The notes under the pieces: generated by a model
Databases searched by the model: none
Told to the model about the DNA's origin: nothing
The model's input: only the letters and a program-made list of their open reading frames with translations
Program-made: the position numbers and the translations under genes
NCBI GenBank assembly: GCA_038318785.1
Contig: JBBQCO010000003.1
Span: 1,761-65,760, forward strand
Direction: 5' to 3'
DNA length: 64,000 nt
Source of the DNA: Desulfobulbales bacterium
Lineage (GTDB): Bacteria > Desulfobacterota > Desulfobulbia > Desulfobulbales > Desulfobulbaceae
Shown: in pieces, positions 50,599 to 59,510 of the stretch
Numbering within the stretch: the stretch's first letter is position 1
How the letters are laid out: each line of letters opens with the position of its first letter

Positions 50599-50616
50599 CA
50601 AATAAAAGGAACTCCC

Positions 50617-52344
50617 ATGCTGCAAAACAACCCCGAAATCAAAAGCAAAATCGACCAGCTGTGGAACAAATTCTGGTCCGGCGGTATCTCCAACCCGCTC
50701 ACCGCCATCGAGCAGATCACCTATCTGCTGTTCATGAAGCGGCTCGACGAACTCGACCAGAAAAAGCTGGCCGATGCCGACTTCACCGGCGAGCCCTATA
50801 CCTCCAAATTCGAAGGACAATGGATACCACCGGAATACCGCGCTAAAGCAAGGGAAGACGACAGCCAAAAAGAGAGCGACAAACGCCGGGCCGATGCCAA
50901 GATTTATGAAATCGACAAGCGCACCTTGCGCTGGAGCGAATTCAAGCGCATGCAGGCCGAAGAGATGCTCCAGCACGCCCAGACCAAGGTTTTCCCCTTC
51001 CTCAAGGACATGAACGGGACCGAAAGCAACTTCACCCACCATATGCGAAACGCCGTGTTCATCATCCCCAAACCGAGCCTGTTGGTGGAGGCAGTCAAGA
51101 CCATCGACGAGATCTTTGAGGTCATGGAAACAGACTCTCGGGAAAAGGGGCAGGCCTTTCAGGACATCCAGGGCGATATTTACGAGATGCTCCTTTCCGA
51201 GATCGCCAGCGCCGGCAAAAACGGGCAGTTCCGCACCCCGCGGCACATCATCAAGCTGATGGCCGAGTTGGTGCGTCCGCAACTCGGCCACCGCATTGCT
51301 GACCCGGCCTGCGGGACCGGCGGCTTTTTGCTCGGCGCCTACCAGTACATCGTCACCCAATTGGCCATCAAGGCCGGCACCAACGACCTGCGGCCCGATG
51401 AAGACGGTTTTATCCGCACCTCGGTGGCGGCTGGGTATACCGAAAAGGCGCAGGCCATTCTGCAAGCCTCCCTCTACGGTTACGACATCGACAGCACCAT
51501 GGTCCGCCTGGGATTGATGAACCTGATGATGCACGGCATCGACGAGCCCCAGATCGACTACAAGGACACCCTCAGTAAGAGTTACCTCGAGGAAGCCGAG
51601 TACGACATCGTCATGGCCAACCCGCCCTTCACCGGCAGCATCGACAAGGGAGACATCAATGAAAACCTGACCCTTGCCACCACCAAGACCGAGCTGCTCT
51701 TTGTCGAGAACATCTACCGCCTGCTCAAAAAGGGTGGCACTGCCTGCGTCATTGTGCCGCAAGGGGTGCTGTTCGGCTCCGGCAAGGCTTTCAAAGACCT
51801 CCGGGAAAAATTGGTGACGCGCTGCGACCTCAAGGCCGTGATCACCATGCCCAGCGGCGTGTTCAAACCCTACGCCGGGGTCAGCACCGCGATTCTGCTT
51901 TTCACCAAGGTTTGGGGTCCGAAGGACAAGGTGACCCGACCAGCCACGGAATCGGTCTGGTTTTACGAGATGCAAGCCGATGGGTATTCGTTGGACGACA
52001 AGCGCACCAAGCAGGAAGGGGTTGGCGATTTGCAGGATATTGTCGCCCGATTTCATGCCCGCAACGATGAAACCGGGAATGACCGCACCCGGAAATGCTT
52101 TCTCGTGCCCCGCGTTGAGATTGAGGATGAAGGGTATGACCTGTCGCTCTCCCGGTATAAGGAGGATGTGTTTGAGGAGGTGGCTTATGAGGCTCCGGGG
52201 GTGATTTTGGGGAGGTTGTTGGTGGGGGAGTTGGGGGAGGAGTTTTTTAACCACGAAAGACACGAACAACACGAAAAGGTTTTGGAGGGGGCGAAGAGCG
52301 GGATTGTGCGGGAATTGCTGGAGTTGCGGGGGATGATTGGATGA
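50617..52344 (+). CDS. hsdM: Type I N6-adenine methyltransferase M subunit
   Basis: GQFRTPRH, DPACGTGGFL, NPPF, GVFKPYAGV. Confidence 0.95.
   Translation: MLQNNPEIKSKIDQLWNKFWSGGISNPLTAIEQITYLLFMKRLDELDQKKLADADFTGEPYTSKFEGQWIPPEYRAKAREDDSQKESDKRRADAKIYEIDKRTLRWSEFKRMQAEEMLQHAQTKVFPFLKDMNGTESNFTHHMRNAVFIIPKPSLLVEAVKTIDEIFEVMETDSREKGQAFQDIQGDIYEMLLSEIASAGKNGQFRTPRHIIKLMAELVRPQLGHRIADPACGTGGFLLGAYQYIVTQLAIKAGTNDLRPDEDGFIRTSVAAGYTEKAQAILQASLYGYDIDSTMVRLGLMNLMMHGIDEPQIDYKDTLSKSYLEEAEYDIVMANPPFTGSIDKGDINENLTLATTKTELLFVENIYRLLKKGGTACVIVPQGVLFGSGKAFKDLREKLVTRCDLKAVITMPSGVFKPYAGVSTAILLFTKVWGPKDKVTRPATESVWFYEMQADGYSLDDKRTKQEGVGDLQDIVARFHARNDETGNDRTRKCFLVPRVEIEDEGYDLSLSRYKEDVFEEVAYEAPGVILGRLLVGELGEEFFNHERHEQHEKVLEGAKSGIVRELLELRGMIG
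52250..52276 (+). repeat. Array E: solo forward array in frame inside hsdM; exact reverse complement of array D
   Basis: ACCACGAAAGACACGAACAACACGAAA, 27/27 match; encodes NHERHEQHE(K). Confidence 0.95.
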
Positions 52345-53564
52345 AAATGCTGCAACTCCATACCGTTACGAAAATAATTGCCGGGCAATCTCCGCCGTCA
52401 TCAACATACAATTCTACGGGAGATGGGTTACCATTTTTTCAAGGTAAAGCTGATTTTCAAGAGAAATTCCCAACGGTTCGTATGTGGTGCAACAGCGCGA
52501 AACGGAAAGAAGCCAAACCCGGTGACATTCTGATGTCAGTTCGTGCGCCCGTTGGTTCTGTAAACTTTTGCGACCGGAAATCAATTTTAGGCCGAGGGCT
52601 ATCGGCGATTAGAGCGGGTTCGAGGATAGACTCTGAATTTCTCTACTACTTCTTGAAATCGAGCGAACAGTCGATAGCAAAACTCGGTACAGGCTCTACA
52701 TTCAAAGCCATTACACAGGAAACACTCAAAAAAATAGAAATCCCCCTCCCGCCATTCGACGACCAAATACGCATTGCCCATTTGCTCGGCAAAGTGGAAG
52801 GGCTGATCGCCCAACGCAAACAACACCTGCAACAACTCGACGAACTCCTCAAAAGCGTCTTTCTGGAGATGTTTGGTGACCCGGTGCGTAATGAGAAGGG
52901 GTGGGACACTTCCGATTTTGAAAATATCCTTTCTGATTTAAGAAATGGCCTATCACCTTCCAAAGGCGGCAGCGAAAAAGGATGTGTGTACACGTTATCA
53001 GCTATAACTGGTCAATGTTTCAAGGAAATCTACAAGGAAGATACGTTTTCTCAGATTCAAGATAAATATTTTCCGAAAGAGAATGACTTTCTTATCTGTC
53101 GTGGTAATGGCAACAAAAAGTTAGTTGGTAAAGGGTATTTTTTCACAGGGAAGAGCTCAAACATTATTTTCCCGGATACAATAATTGGCGTTTCGATAGC
53201 GCCTAATACTATCAACAGCCACTTTCTTGAGTCGTTATGGAAAACACGATTCATTAGGCTGCAAATCGAGAATAATGCGAGAACTACAAATGGAGCGTAC
53301 AAGATAAATCAGGAGGTAATAAAAAAGATCAAAATAATCTTTCCTCCTTCAAATCTCCAAGACCAATTTGCCGCCATCGTTGAAAAGGTCGAAAGCCTCA
53401 AAACCCGCTACCAGCAAAGCCTTGCCGACCTGGAAACCCTCTATGGTGCGTTGAGTCAGAAGGCGTTCAAGGGCGAGCTGGATCTGTCGCGGGTGCCGCT
53501 GACGGCAAGGGAATTGGACCACCGGAACCAAGCAAGTGAAGCTGTGGAGGCGGTCGTGCCATGA
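52341..53564 (+). CDS. hsdS: Type I specificity subunit
   Basis: Two AT-rich TRDs separated by IPLPP..DQ.RI and FPP..LQ.QF conserved helices, FLEMFGDP. Confidence 0.93.
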   Translation: MKMLQLHTVTKIIAGQSPPSSTYNSTGDGLPFFQGKADFQEKFPTVRMWCNSAKRKEAKPGDILMSVRAPVGSVNFCDRKSILGRGLSAIRAGSRIDSEFLYYFLKSSEQSIAKLGTGSTFKAITQETLKKIEIPLPPFDDQIRIAHLLGKVEGLIAQRKQHLQQLDELLKSVFLEMFGDPVRNEKGWDTSDFENILSDLRNGLSPSKGGSEKGCVYTLSAITGQCFKEIYKEDTFSQIQDKYFPKENDFLICRGNGNKKLVGKGYFFTGKSSNIIFPDTIIGVSIAPNTINSHFLESLWKTRFIRLQIENNARTTNGAYKINQEVIKKIKIIFPPSNLQDQFAAIVEKVESLKTRYQQSLADLETLYGALSQKAFKGELDLSRVPLTARELDHRNQASEAVEAVVP

Positions 53565-54622
53565 AGAGCCGCGACCAAAAGCTGATCCGCAATTCGACGA
53601 CGGAGTTTTTGTTGTACACCACGCCCAATGGCAAGGTGAAGGTGGAGATTTTTCTGAAAGATGAAAACATCTGGCTGACGCAGGAACGCATTGCCCAACT
53701 GTTCGGGGTGCAGCGCCCGGCCATCACCAAGCACCTGAAAAACATCTTTGAATCTGGTGAGTTGCAGGAGGGAGTGGTCAGTTCCGTTTTGGAACAGACC
53801 ACTCCGCACGGCGCGATAGAGGGCAAAACGCAAACCAAAGCCGTCAAGTTCTACAATCTGGATGCCATCATCTCCGTCGGTTACCGGGTCAATTCGCTAC
53901 AAGCGACACAGTTTCGTATCTGGGCAACGGAGCGCTTGAAAGAATACATCATCAAGGGCTTCACCATGGATGATGAACGCCTGAAAAACCCCACCCGCAT
54001 TTTCGGTGAGGACTATTTCGAAGAGCAGCTCGCCCGGATCCGGGATATCCGCTCTAGCGAACGACGCTTCTACCAAAAAATCACCGACATCTACGGCCAG
54101 TGCAGCGCCGACTACAACAAGGACGCCGAGGAGACCCAACGCTTCTTTGCCACGGTCCAAAACAAACTCCACTGGGCCATTGCCAGGCAAACGGCGGCAG
54201 AGATTATCCGCAACCGGGCGGATAGCCTGAAATCGAACATGGGGCTGACTTCCTGGAAAAATGGTCCCGCAGGCCCCATCCGCAAACCGGATGTTTCGAT
54301 TGCGAAGAACTATTTGAATGAAGAGGAATTGGATAGCCTAAACCGGATTGTGACCATGTATCTCGACTATGCCGAAATCCAGGCCCAGAAGCGGAAAGTG
54401 ATGAACATGCGGGACTGGATTCAGAAGCTGGATGCCTTCCTTCAGTTCAATGAACGAGAAATTCTGCATCATTCTGGCAAGGTCAGCGCCGAGATAGCCA
54501 AAAGTTTTGCCGAGTGCGAATTCGAGAAATACAGCCTTGCGCAGGATCAGCTCTTTGAGAGCGATTTCGACAAGGTGATGAAGCAGATCGAGTCCTCCGG
54601 TACGAAGGGAGGCGAGAAATGA
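53561..54622 (+). CDS. RhuM-family protein
   Basis: WLTQ.RIA.LF, YNLDAIISVGYRVNS, IRDIRSSERRFYQK, AKNYL. Confidence 0.9.
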   Translation: MKSRDQKLIRNSTTEFLLYTTPNGKVKVEIFLKDENIWLTQERIAQLFGVQRPAITKHLKNIFESGELQEGVVSSVLEQTTPHGAIEGKTQTKAVKFYNLDAIISVGYRVNSLQATQFRIWATERLKEYIIKGFTMDDERLKNPTRIFGEDYFEEQLARIRDIRSSERRFYQKITDIYGQCSADYNKDAEETQRFFATVQNKLHWAIARQTAAEIIRNRADSLKSNMGLTSWKNGPAGPIRKPDVSIAKNYLNEEELDSLNRIVTMYLDYAEIQAQKRKVMNMRDWIQKLDAFLQFNEREILHHSGKVSAEIAKSFAECEFEKYSLAQDQLFESDFDKVMKQIESSGTKGGEK

Positions 54623-54770
54623 ACGGCAGTAATTCTACCTGTCAGCATCCCTACACCATCACTCCTGTCATTGTGTATCTGGGTGCCCGGATTAGTGAAG
54701 CGATAGGGCGTTTGACCGTGCTCAGCGATCAGTCCAGGGCGCTGCGACGCATCAACCGCATTCTGATGGC
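54619..54770 (+). pseudogene. N-terminal remnant of a Fic-family gene
   Basis: PYTITPVI...ISEAIGRL...ALRRINRI resembles Fic-family N-termini; no HPFxxGNGR; ORF runs on through a terminator. Confidence 0.55.
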
Positions 54771-54858
54771 CGGGCTCACTGGCTCCTCCAGGGGCTTTGT
54801 CACTGAAACAGGAAGCGATTCCGAACAAATAATCCTGGGATTTGCAAAGCTTCAGTCT

Positions 54859-54896
54859 AAACGGGTAATTGGAGAAATCCAATTACCTGTTTTTTT
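54859..54896 (+). terminator. Rho-independent terminator closing the RM operon
   Basis: AAACGGGTAATTGGA-GAAA-TCCAATTACCTGTTTTTTT. Confidence 0.85.
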
Positions 54897-55444
54897 GTCC
54901 GAGGGGCTGTTATAAAGACAAGTATGTCGACGAGAGGGGCAGTGTTTTCGAGATATATATCTCCTCTTCTTTTTTTGGCCTGATGACTCCTTGGTCATCC
55001 AGTCGACGACTCAAGAACCCTCGGGCCTGACTCGGTACAGAATTTTCCGGTGCCACTTCTTGGGAGCATATTTGAAATCTGAGAGTTGCCCCTGGTAATC
55101 AATTGGATTTATCATTTGTTGATGCAAAATAGATTTTCTTTTTGACTTCGAATTTTGTAGATATACCAATCACTTTTAAAGTTTTGTTTCGCATAACGGC
55201 GGGTTTGTATCAATGTTGTTGATCAGGGGGCGTGGAAACAGGGTAATGTTCCGTTTCTCCATTCAAAGAGAAAGAAGGTGGAAAAGGTAATTACCCGGAA
55301 AAGGGTATTTGGAGCTGAGGGCTGCAACAATTGACCTTCGGCGCTTGCATGAATTGTATCAATTGAACTTATTAAAGTGGGTGGGGGCTGTCGATGAGGA
55401 TTTCGGCAGGCTGAGGTGCGGTATCCAAGTTAAGGAAAGAAACG

Positions 55445-57529
55445 ATGAAAGAGACCAAATACAGCATTTGCGGGATGTGCGCCGTGCGCTGTCCGATAAC
55501 GGTGCAGGTGGAAGACGGCAAACCTGTCTGGATCGAAGGCAATAGCCACGATGGCGGCATGGGCCGCAGTCTCTGCGCCAAAGGTGGAGCCGCCTTTGCT
55601 CAGCGTCTGGACAAGCAACGCCCCACAGCACCGCTCCTCCGCATGGGGCAACGCGGCGATGGGCAGTGGCGGGAAGCCTCCTGGGATGAAGCCTATGAGT
55701 ACATCACCTCCCGCCTCAACACCATCATTGCCGAGCACGGTGGCCGTTCCATCATGTTTTCCGATCGCGGCGGTCCTTTTGCCGACCTGCGTCAGGCCTT
55801 TGTCAAGGCTCTGGGATCGCCCAACTACATTAACCACGACTGTACCTGCGGCCGGAACGTGCATCACGCCTCCAAGTCAGTGTACGGTCTGGGGCGTAAG
55901 GATTTTGCCTACGATTACGAAAACGCCCGCCATATCGTCCTGTTTGGCCGGAACATTACCGAATCCCTCAAGGTCAAGGAAGTGAAAAGCTTCCTCAAGG
56001 GCATCAAGAACGGGGCTCGGGTCACCTATATCGACCCGCGTGCTTCGGTGACCGCCGGCAAGGCCAGTCGCTACTGGCAAATCAAGCCGGGGACCGATTA
56101 TGCCCTGCTGTTGGGCATTGCCCACTGTCTCGTCTACAACAACTATTACGATCTTGAATTTGCAGAAAAATATATCAACGGGCTCTCCGAGTTCAAAACC
56201 TTCCTTGGCCCCTACACCCCGGAGTGGGCAGCGGGTGAAACCGGCATCAGCGCCAACGAAATCGAGGCCTTCTGTCGGGAGCTCAATCAGGACCGGCCCA
56301 AGGTGATCATTCATCCCGGCTGGATGCTGGCCCGGTATCGCGATTCCTTTCATGCCTCTCGGATGATCCACATCCTCAATGCTCTTCTGGGCAGCATCGA
56401 GCAACCCGGCGGGCTTTTCTATCCCAAGGGACCCAAGGATGCAGGCAAATCGGGCTTGAAAAGTCTGGCCGCTCTCGTCCCAGCGGTCAACGAAGAACGG
56501 GCGGACGGCTGCGGCACCCGTTATCCCCAGTGGGACAAGGGGGCGGGAATGCTCCAGACTGCCTACGAGGCCATCGATTCCGGCAGTCCTTATCCGGTCA
56601 AAGCCTATTTTGTCCATCGTCACAATCCCTTCATCGCCCTGCCCGACACCAAGGAGCAGCGGCGGATCCTCGACAAGCTCGACCTGATCGTGGCGGTCGA
56701 TGTCAATTTCAGTGAAACCGCCTGGTTTGCCGATGTCATCCTGCCGGAAAACACCTTTGTCGAGCGCGACGATATCCTGCGCACCGAAAAGGGGCTGAAA
56801 CCCGGATTCGGCCGGCGGCAGCAGTGTGTCAAGCCGCTGAACAACACCAAGGCCGGTTGGGAGATCTACATTGACCTGGCCAAACGGATGGGCAAGGGGG
56901 ACAGCTTTCCTTTCAATTCCATCGAGGATATCTGGCAGTATCAGTTGCAGGACACCGGCCTGTCGGTCGCCGATTTCGACGCCAAGGGGTTTGTCAAGCT
57001 GAGCAGCCAGGCCATCTGGTATGATCGGGACAAGCTCAAATTCGGCACCGAATCAGGAAAAATCGAGATCATCAACCAGAAATGGGAGGCCATGGGCATC
57101 CCTTCATTACCGCCTTACGAGGCCCCGGAACAGCCGCCGGAAGGCAGCTTTCGCCTGCTGTTTGGCCGTAACGGCTATCAGGCCCACGGTCAGCATCAGA
57201 ACAATCCGATCCTCTGCGAACTGCTTGATGTCAACAAACTGTGGATCAACACCGCAGCTGCCAAAAAACTGGGTATCAAGGACGGTGACCAGGTGCTGGT
57301 GACCGCTGGCGACGAGCAGGGGAAGATTGCCGCCTATGTCACCGACCTGATTCATCCCGAGGCTGTCTTTATGCTCCATGGTTTTGGCACCGATGTGCCC
57401 GCCAAGAAACGATCGTTTGGCAAGGGGCTGGCCGATCAGATGTACATGCAGGGCAAGCTTAAAGAGTGGGACAAGGCCGGCGGCGGTCTCAACCTTGCGG
57501 AAAGTTTCGTCACCGTTACCCCGGTTTAA
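55445..57529 (+). CDS. Molybdopterin (bis-PGD) oxidoreductase, Psr/Phs-like catalytic subunit, no Tat signal
   Basis: CGMCAVRC...LCAKG [4Fe-4S], NHDCTC putative Cys ligand, IDPR, PGTDYA, ADVILP, HGFG. Confidence 0.88.
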   Translation: MKETKYSICGMCAVRCPITVQVEDGKPVWIEGNSHDGGMGRSLCAKGGAAFAQRLDKQRPTAPLLRMGQRGDGQWREASWDEAYEYITSRLNTIIAEHGGRSIMFSDRGGPFADLRQAFVKALGSPNYINHDCTCGRNVHHASKSVYGLGRKDFAYDYENARHIVLFGRNITESLKVKEVKSFLKGIKNGARVTYIDPRASVTAGKASRYWQIKPGTDYALLLGIAHCLVYNNYYDLEFAEKYINGLSEFKTFLGPYTPEWAAGETGISANEIEAFCRELNQDRPKVIIHPGWMLARYRDSFHASRMIHILNALLGSIEQPGGLFYPKGPKDAGKSGLKSLAALVPAVNEERADGCGTRYPQWDKGAGMLQTAYEAIDSGSPYPVKAYFVHRHNPFIALPDTKEQRRILDKLDLIVAVDVNFSETAWFADVILPENTFVERDDILRTEKGLKPGFGRRQQCVKPLNNTKAGWEIYIDLAKRMGKGDSFPFNSIEDIWQYQLQDTGLSVADFDAKGFVKLSSQAIWYDRDKLKFGTESGKIEIINQKWEAMGIPSLPPYEAPEQPPEGSFRLLFGRNGYQAHGQHQNNPILCELLDVNKLWINTAAAKKLGIKDGDQVLVTAGDEQGKIAAYVTDLIHPEAVFMLHGFGTDVPAKKRSFGKGLADQMYMQGKLKEWDKAGGGLNLAESFVTVTPV

Positions 57530-57545
57530 ACGCAGGAGAACCAAA

Positions 57546-58049
57546 ATGAGCAAATATATCGTTACCCAGAACGTGGCCGACTGCATCGGATGCCGGGCCT
57601 GCGAGGTCCACTGCAAGGATAAAAACAATAGCGGCCCCGGCGCCTTCTACTGCCGGATGATCGAGGTCACCTCGACCGAAAGCCCATTGCCGCGGATCGA
57701 CTTCGTCTATCTCTCCTGCTTTCACTGTGAAAAGGCCTGGTGCGTCGATGCCTGTCCCACCGGGGCCATGCGTCGCCGCGAAAAAGACGGTATCGTCTAT
57801 GTCGACGCCAAATCCTGCGTCGGCTGCAAGGCCTGCATCACCGCCTGTCCCTGGACCGTGCCCCAGTGGAATCCGGAAAACGGCAAGGTGGAAAAGTGTG
57901 ACCTGTGCATGGACCGGATCGATGAAGGGCTGGAACCGGCCTGCGTCACGAAATGCACCACCGGCTGCTTGAGCTTCACCACCCCGGCCGAGGCCTCACA
58001 GGCCGCCCGGCAAGTCTATGCCGAGCAGCTGTTGCAGAATCGGCGCTAA
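57546..58049 (+). CDS. 4Fe-4S dicluster subunit (PsrB/DmsB-like)
   Basis: CIGCRACEVHC, CFHCEKAWCVDACP, CVGCKACITACP, KCDLC...PAC...C. Confidence 0.92.
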   Translation: MSKYIVTQNVADCIGCRACEVHCKDKNNSGPGAFYCRMIEVTSTESPLPRIDFVYLSCFHCEKAWCVDACPTGAMRRREKDGIVYVDAKSCVGCKACITACPWTVPQWNPENGKVEKCDLCMDRIDEGLEPACVTKCTTGCLSFTTPAEASQAARQVYAEQLLQNRR

Positions 58050-58063
58050 ACGGAGTACGGATT

Positions 58064-58432
58064 ATGGACGCCATACCCAGGGAATATCTCGGCATTCTGC
58101 TGCTCCTGATTTTCGGTGTTCTTTTCGGGGTGCTGACCCTTTTCCTGGGCCGGTTTTTCCGATTGAGCCGGCCGTACCCGGAGAAGCTGATCGCCTACGA
58201 ATCGGGCAATGAACCGACCGAAGCGCCGCGCATGCGTTTTTCAGTGAAATTCTACCTGATTGCCATCCTTTTTGTGGTCTTCGATGTCGAAGCCATCTAC
58301 CTCTACCCCTGGGCCGTCAGTTACGACCGGTTGGGCCTTTTTGCCCTGGTGGAGATGCTGCTGTTCATCGCACTGCTTCTGGTCGGTTACGTCTATGCCT
58401 GGAAAAAGGGGGTCCTGCAATGGGAGAAATAA
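58064..58432 (+). CDS. nuoA: Complex I subunit A
   Basis: [24 protein letters not shown]. Confidence 0.93.
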   Translation: MDAIPREYLGILLLLIFGVLFGVLTLFLGRFFRLSRPYPEKLIAYESGNEPTEAPRMRFSVKFYLIAILFVVFDVEAIYLYPWAVSYDRLGLFALVEMLLFIALLLVGYVYAWKKGVLQWEK

Positions 58433-58941
58433 GCGATCCGTCCATGGTCAAGCTGGAAGAGGGGGTACGCTATATCCCCGGCGCCAACGCCATCCTGGGG
58501 CCGCTCAATAAACTGGTCAACTGGGGGCGGGCCGGCTCGATCTGGCCGGTGACCTTTGGTTTGGCCTGCTGTGCCATCGAGATGATGGATGCCGGGGCCT
58601 CGACCAACGATCTCGACCGCTTCGGTATTCTTTTTCGCGCCAGTCCCCGGCAGGCCGACTGCATGATAGTGGCCGGTACCTTGACTAAGAAGATGGCGCC
58701 GGTGCTACGCCGGGTCTATGACCAGATGCCCGAACCCCGCTACGTAATGGCCATGGGGAGTTGTGCCTGCAGCGGCGGCGTCTTTGAAACCTACGCAGTG
58801 ACCCAGGGCGTCGATCTGATTATCCCGGTGGATGTCTATGTTCCTGGTTGCCCCCCCCGGCCCGAGGCCCTGATGGAAGGCTTTCTCAAATTGCAGGAAA
58901 AGATTCTCAAGGAGCAGTTCCGATGGAGTCAATGGCGATAG
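58420..58941 (+). CDS. nuoB: Complex I subunit B
   Basis: [27 protein letters not shown]. Confidence 0.95.
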   Translation: MGEISDPSMVKLEEGVRYIPGANAILGPLNKLVNWGRAGSIWPVTFGLACCAIEMMDAGASTNDLDRFGILFRASPRQADCMIVAGTLTKKMAPVLRRVYDQMPEPRYVMAMGSCACSGGVFETYAVTQGVDLIIPVDVYVPGCPPRPEALMEGFLKLQEKILKEQFRWSQWR

Positions 58942-59510
58942 CCGAACGGCTGCGGGCCGAGTTCCCCGATGAGATTATAAGCAGCTATTCGAACCAGGGC
59001 CAGGTAGCGGTGATTCTTCGAGCTGGCCGGATTGTTGATATTCTCCGCTGGCTGCGCGACACCGATGATTTGCAAATGAACCATCTGCGCTCACTCTGCG
59101 GGGTGGATAATGTTCGGCGCAAGGACCCCGGTTTGTCGCGGTTCGAGGTGGTCTACAACCTCTATTCCATCCCCCATCGTCACGAAATTCGCCTTCGGGT
59201 TGAGCTGGGTGACAAAGATCCTGCCATCGATTCGGTGGTCGGCCTCTGGGTCGGGGCCGATTGGCTGGAGCGGGAAACCTTTGATCTGATGGGCATCCGC
59301 TTCAACGGCCACCCTGATCTGCGGCGGGTGCTCCTGCCTGAAGACTGGAAAGGGCATCCCCTGCGCAAAGACTATCCGCTTAAAGGCAAGGAAGAGTGGG
59401 CCGGTTTGACCGAACTGCTGGAAAAGGTCAAGGAGCTGGATCAGTTCGGCTTTGATCCGGCAGGACATGCGCACGGCCAAAGCGAACCTAACGAGGAGGA
59501 TGAGCCATGA
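58923..59510 (+). CDS. nuoC: Complex I subunit C
   Basis: [29 protein letters not shown]. Confidence 0.93.
   Translation: MESMAIAERLRAEFPDEIISSYSNQGQVAVILRAGRIVDILRWLRDTDDLQMNHLRSLCGVDNVRRKDPGLSRFEVVYNLYSIPHRHEIRLRVELGDKDPAIDSVVGLWVGADWLERETFDLMGIRFNGHPDLRRVLLPEDWKGHPLRKDYPLKGKEEWAGLTELLEKVKELDQFGFDPAGHAHGQSEPNEEDEP

Larger units (their letters stand above)
50408..50605 (+). pseudogene. Internally deleted, diverged second GxxExxY copy
   Basis: First 46 codons align with 49977 gene (GFLEAVY becomes GSLQSMY); nuclease core missing; reads through array D. Confidence 0.85.

Noticed and set aside
50551-52272. 573-aa antisense ORF spanning from array E to array D
   Set aside because: It is the shadow frame of hsdM, with no recognisable motifs or RBS, and long antisense ORFs are common throughout this GC-rich window. 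Curiosity only: a D/E inversion would fuse it in frame to the GxxExxY remnant.
49980-52276. 9-nt arrays as a CRISPR array or classical IS ends
   Set aside because: There are no unique spacers, the units are only 9 nt, orientation alternates, and no cas or transposase genes or target duplication are present.
54619-54915. 98-aa ORF as an intact gene
   Set aside because: Only the first 50 or so codons look protein-like (Fic N-terminus); the rest runs through the terminator hairpin.
55100-55444. Possible Moco/tungsten riboswitch or FNR/Rex site in the long leader of the molybdoenzyme operon
   Set aside because: Only short hairpins (e.g. TACCC-GGAAAA-GGGTA) and partial matches are visible; I could not match a consensus by eye. 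An Rfam covariance search would settle it.
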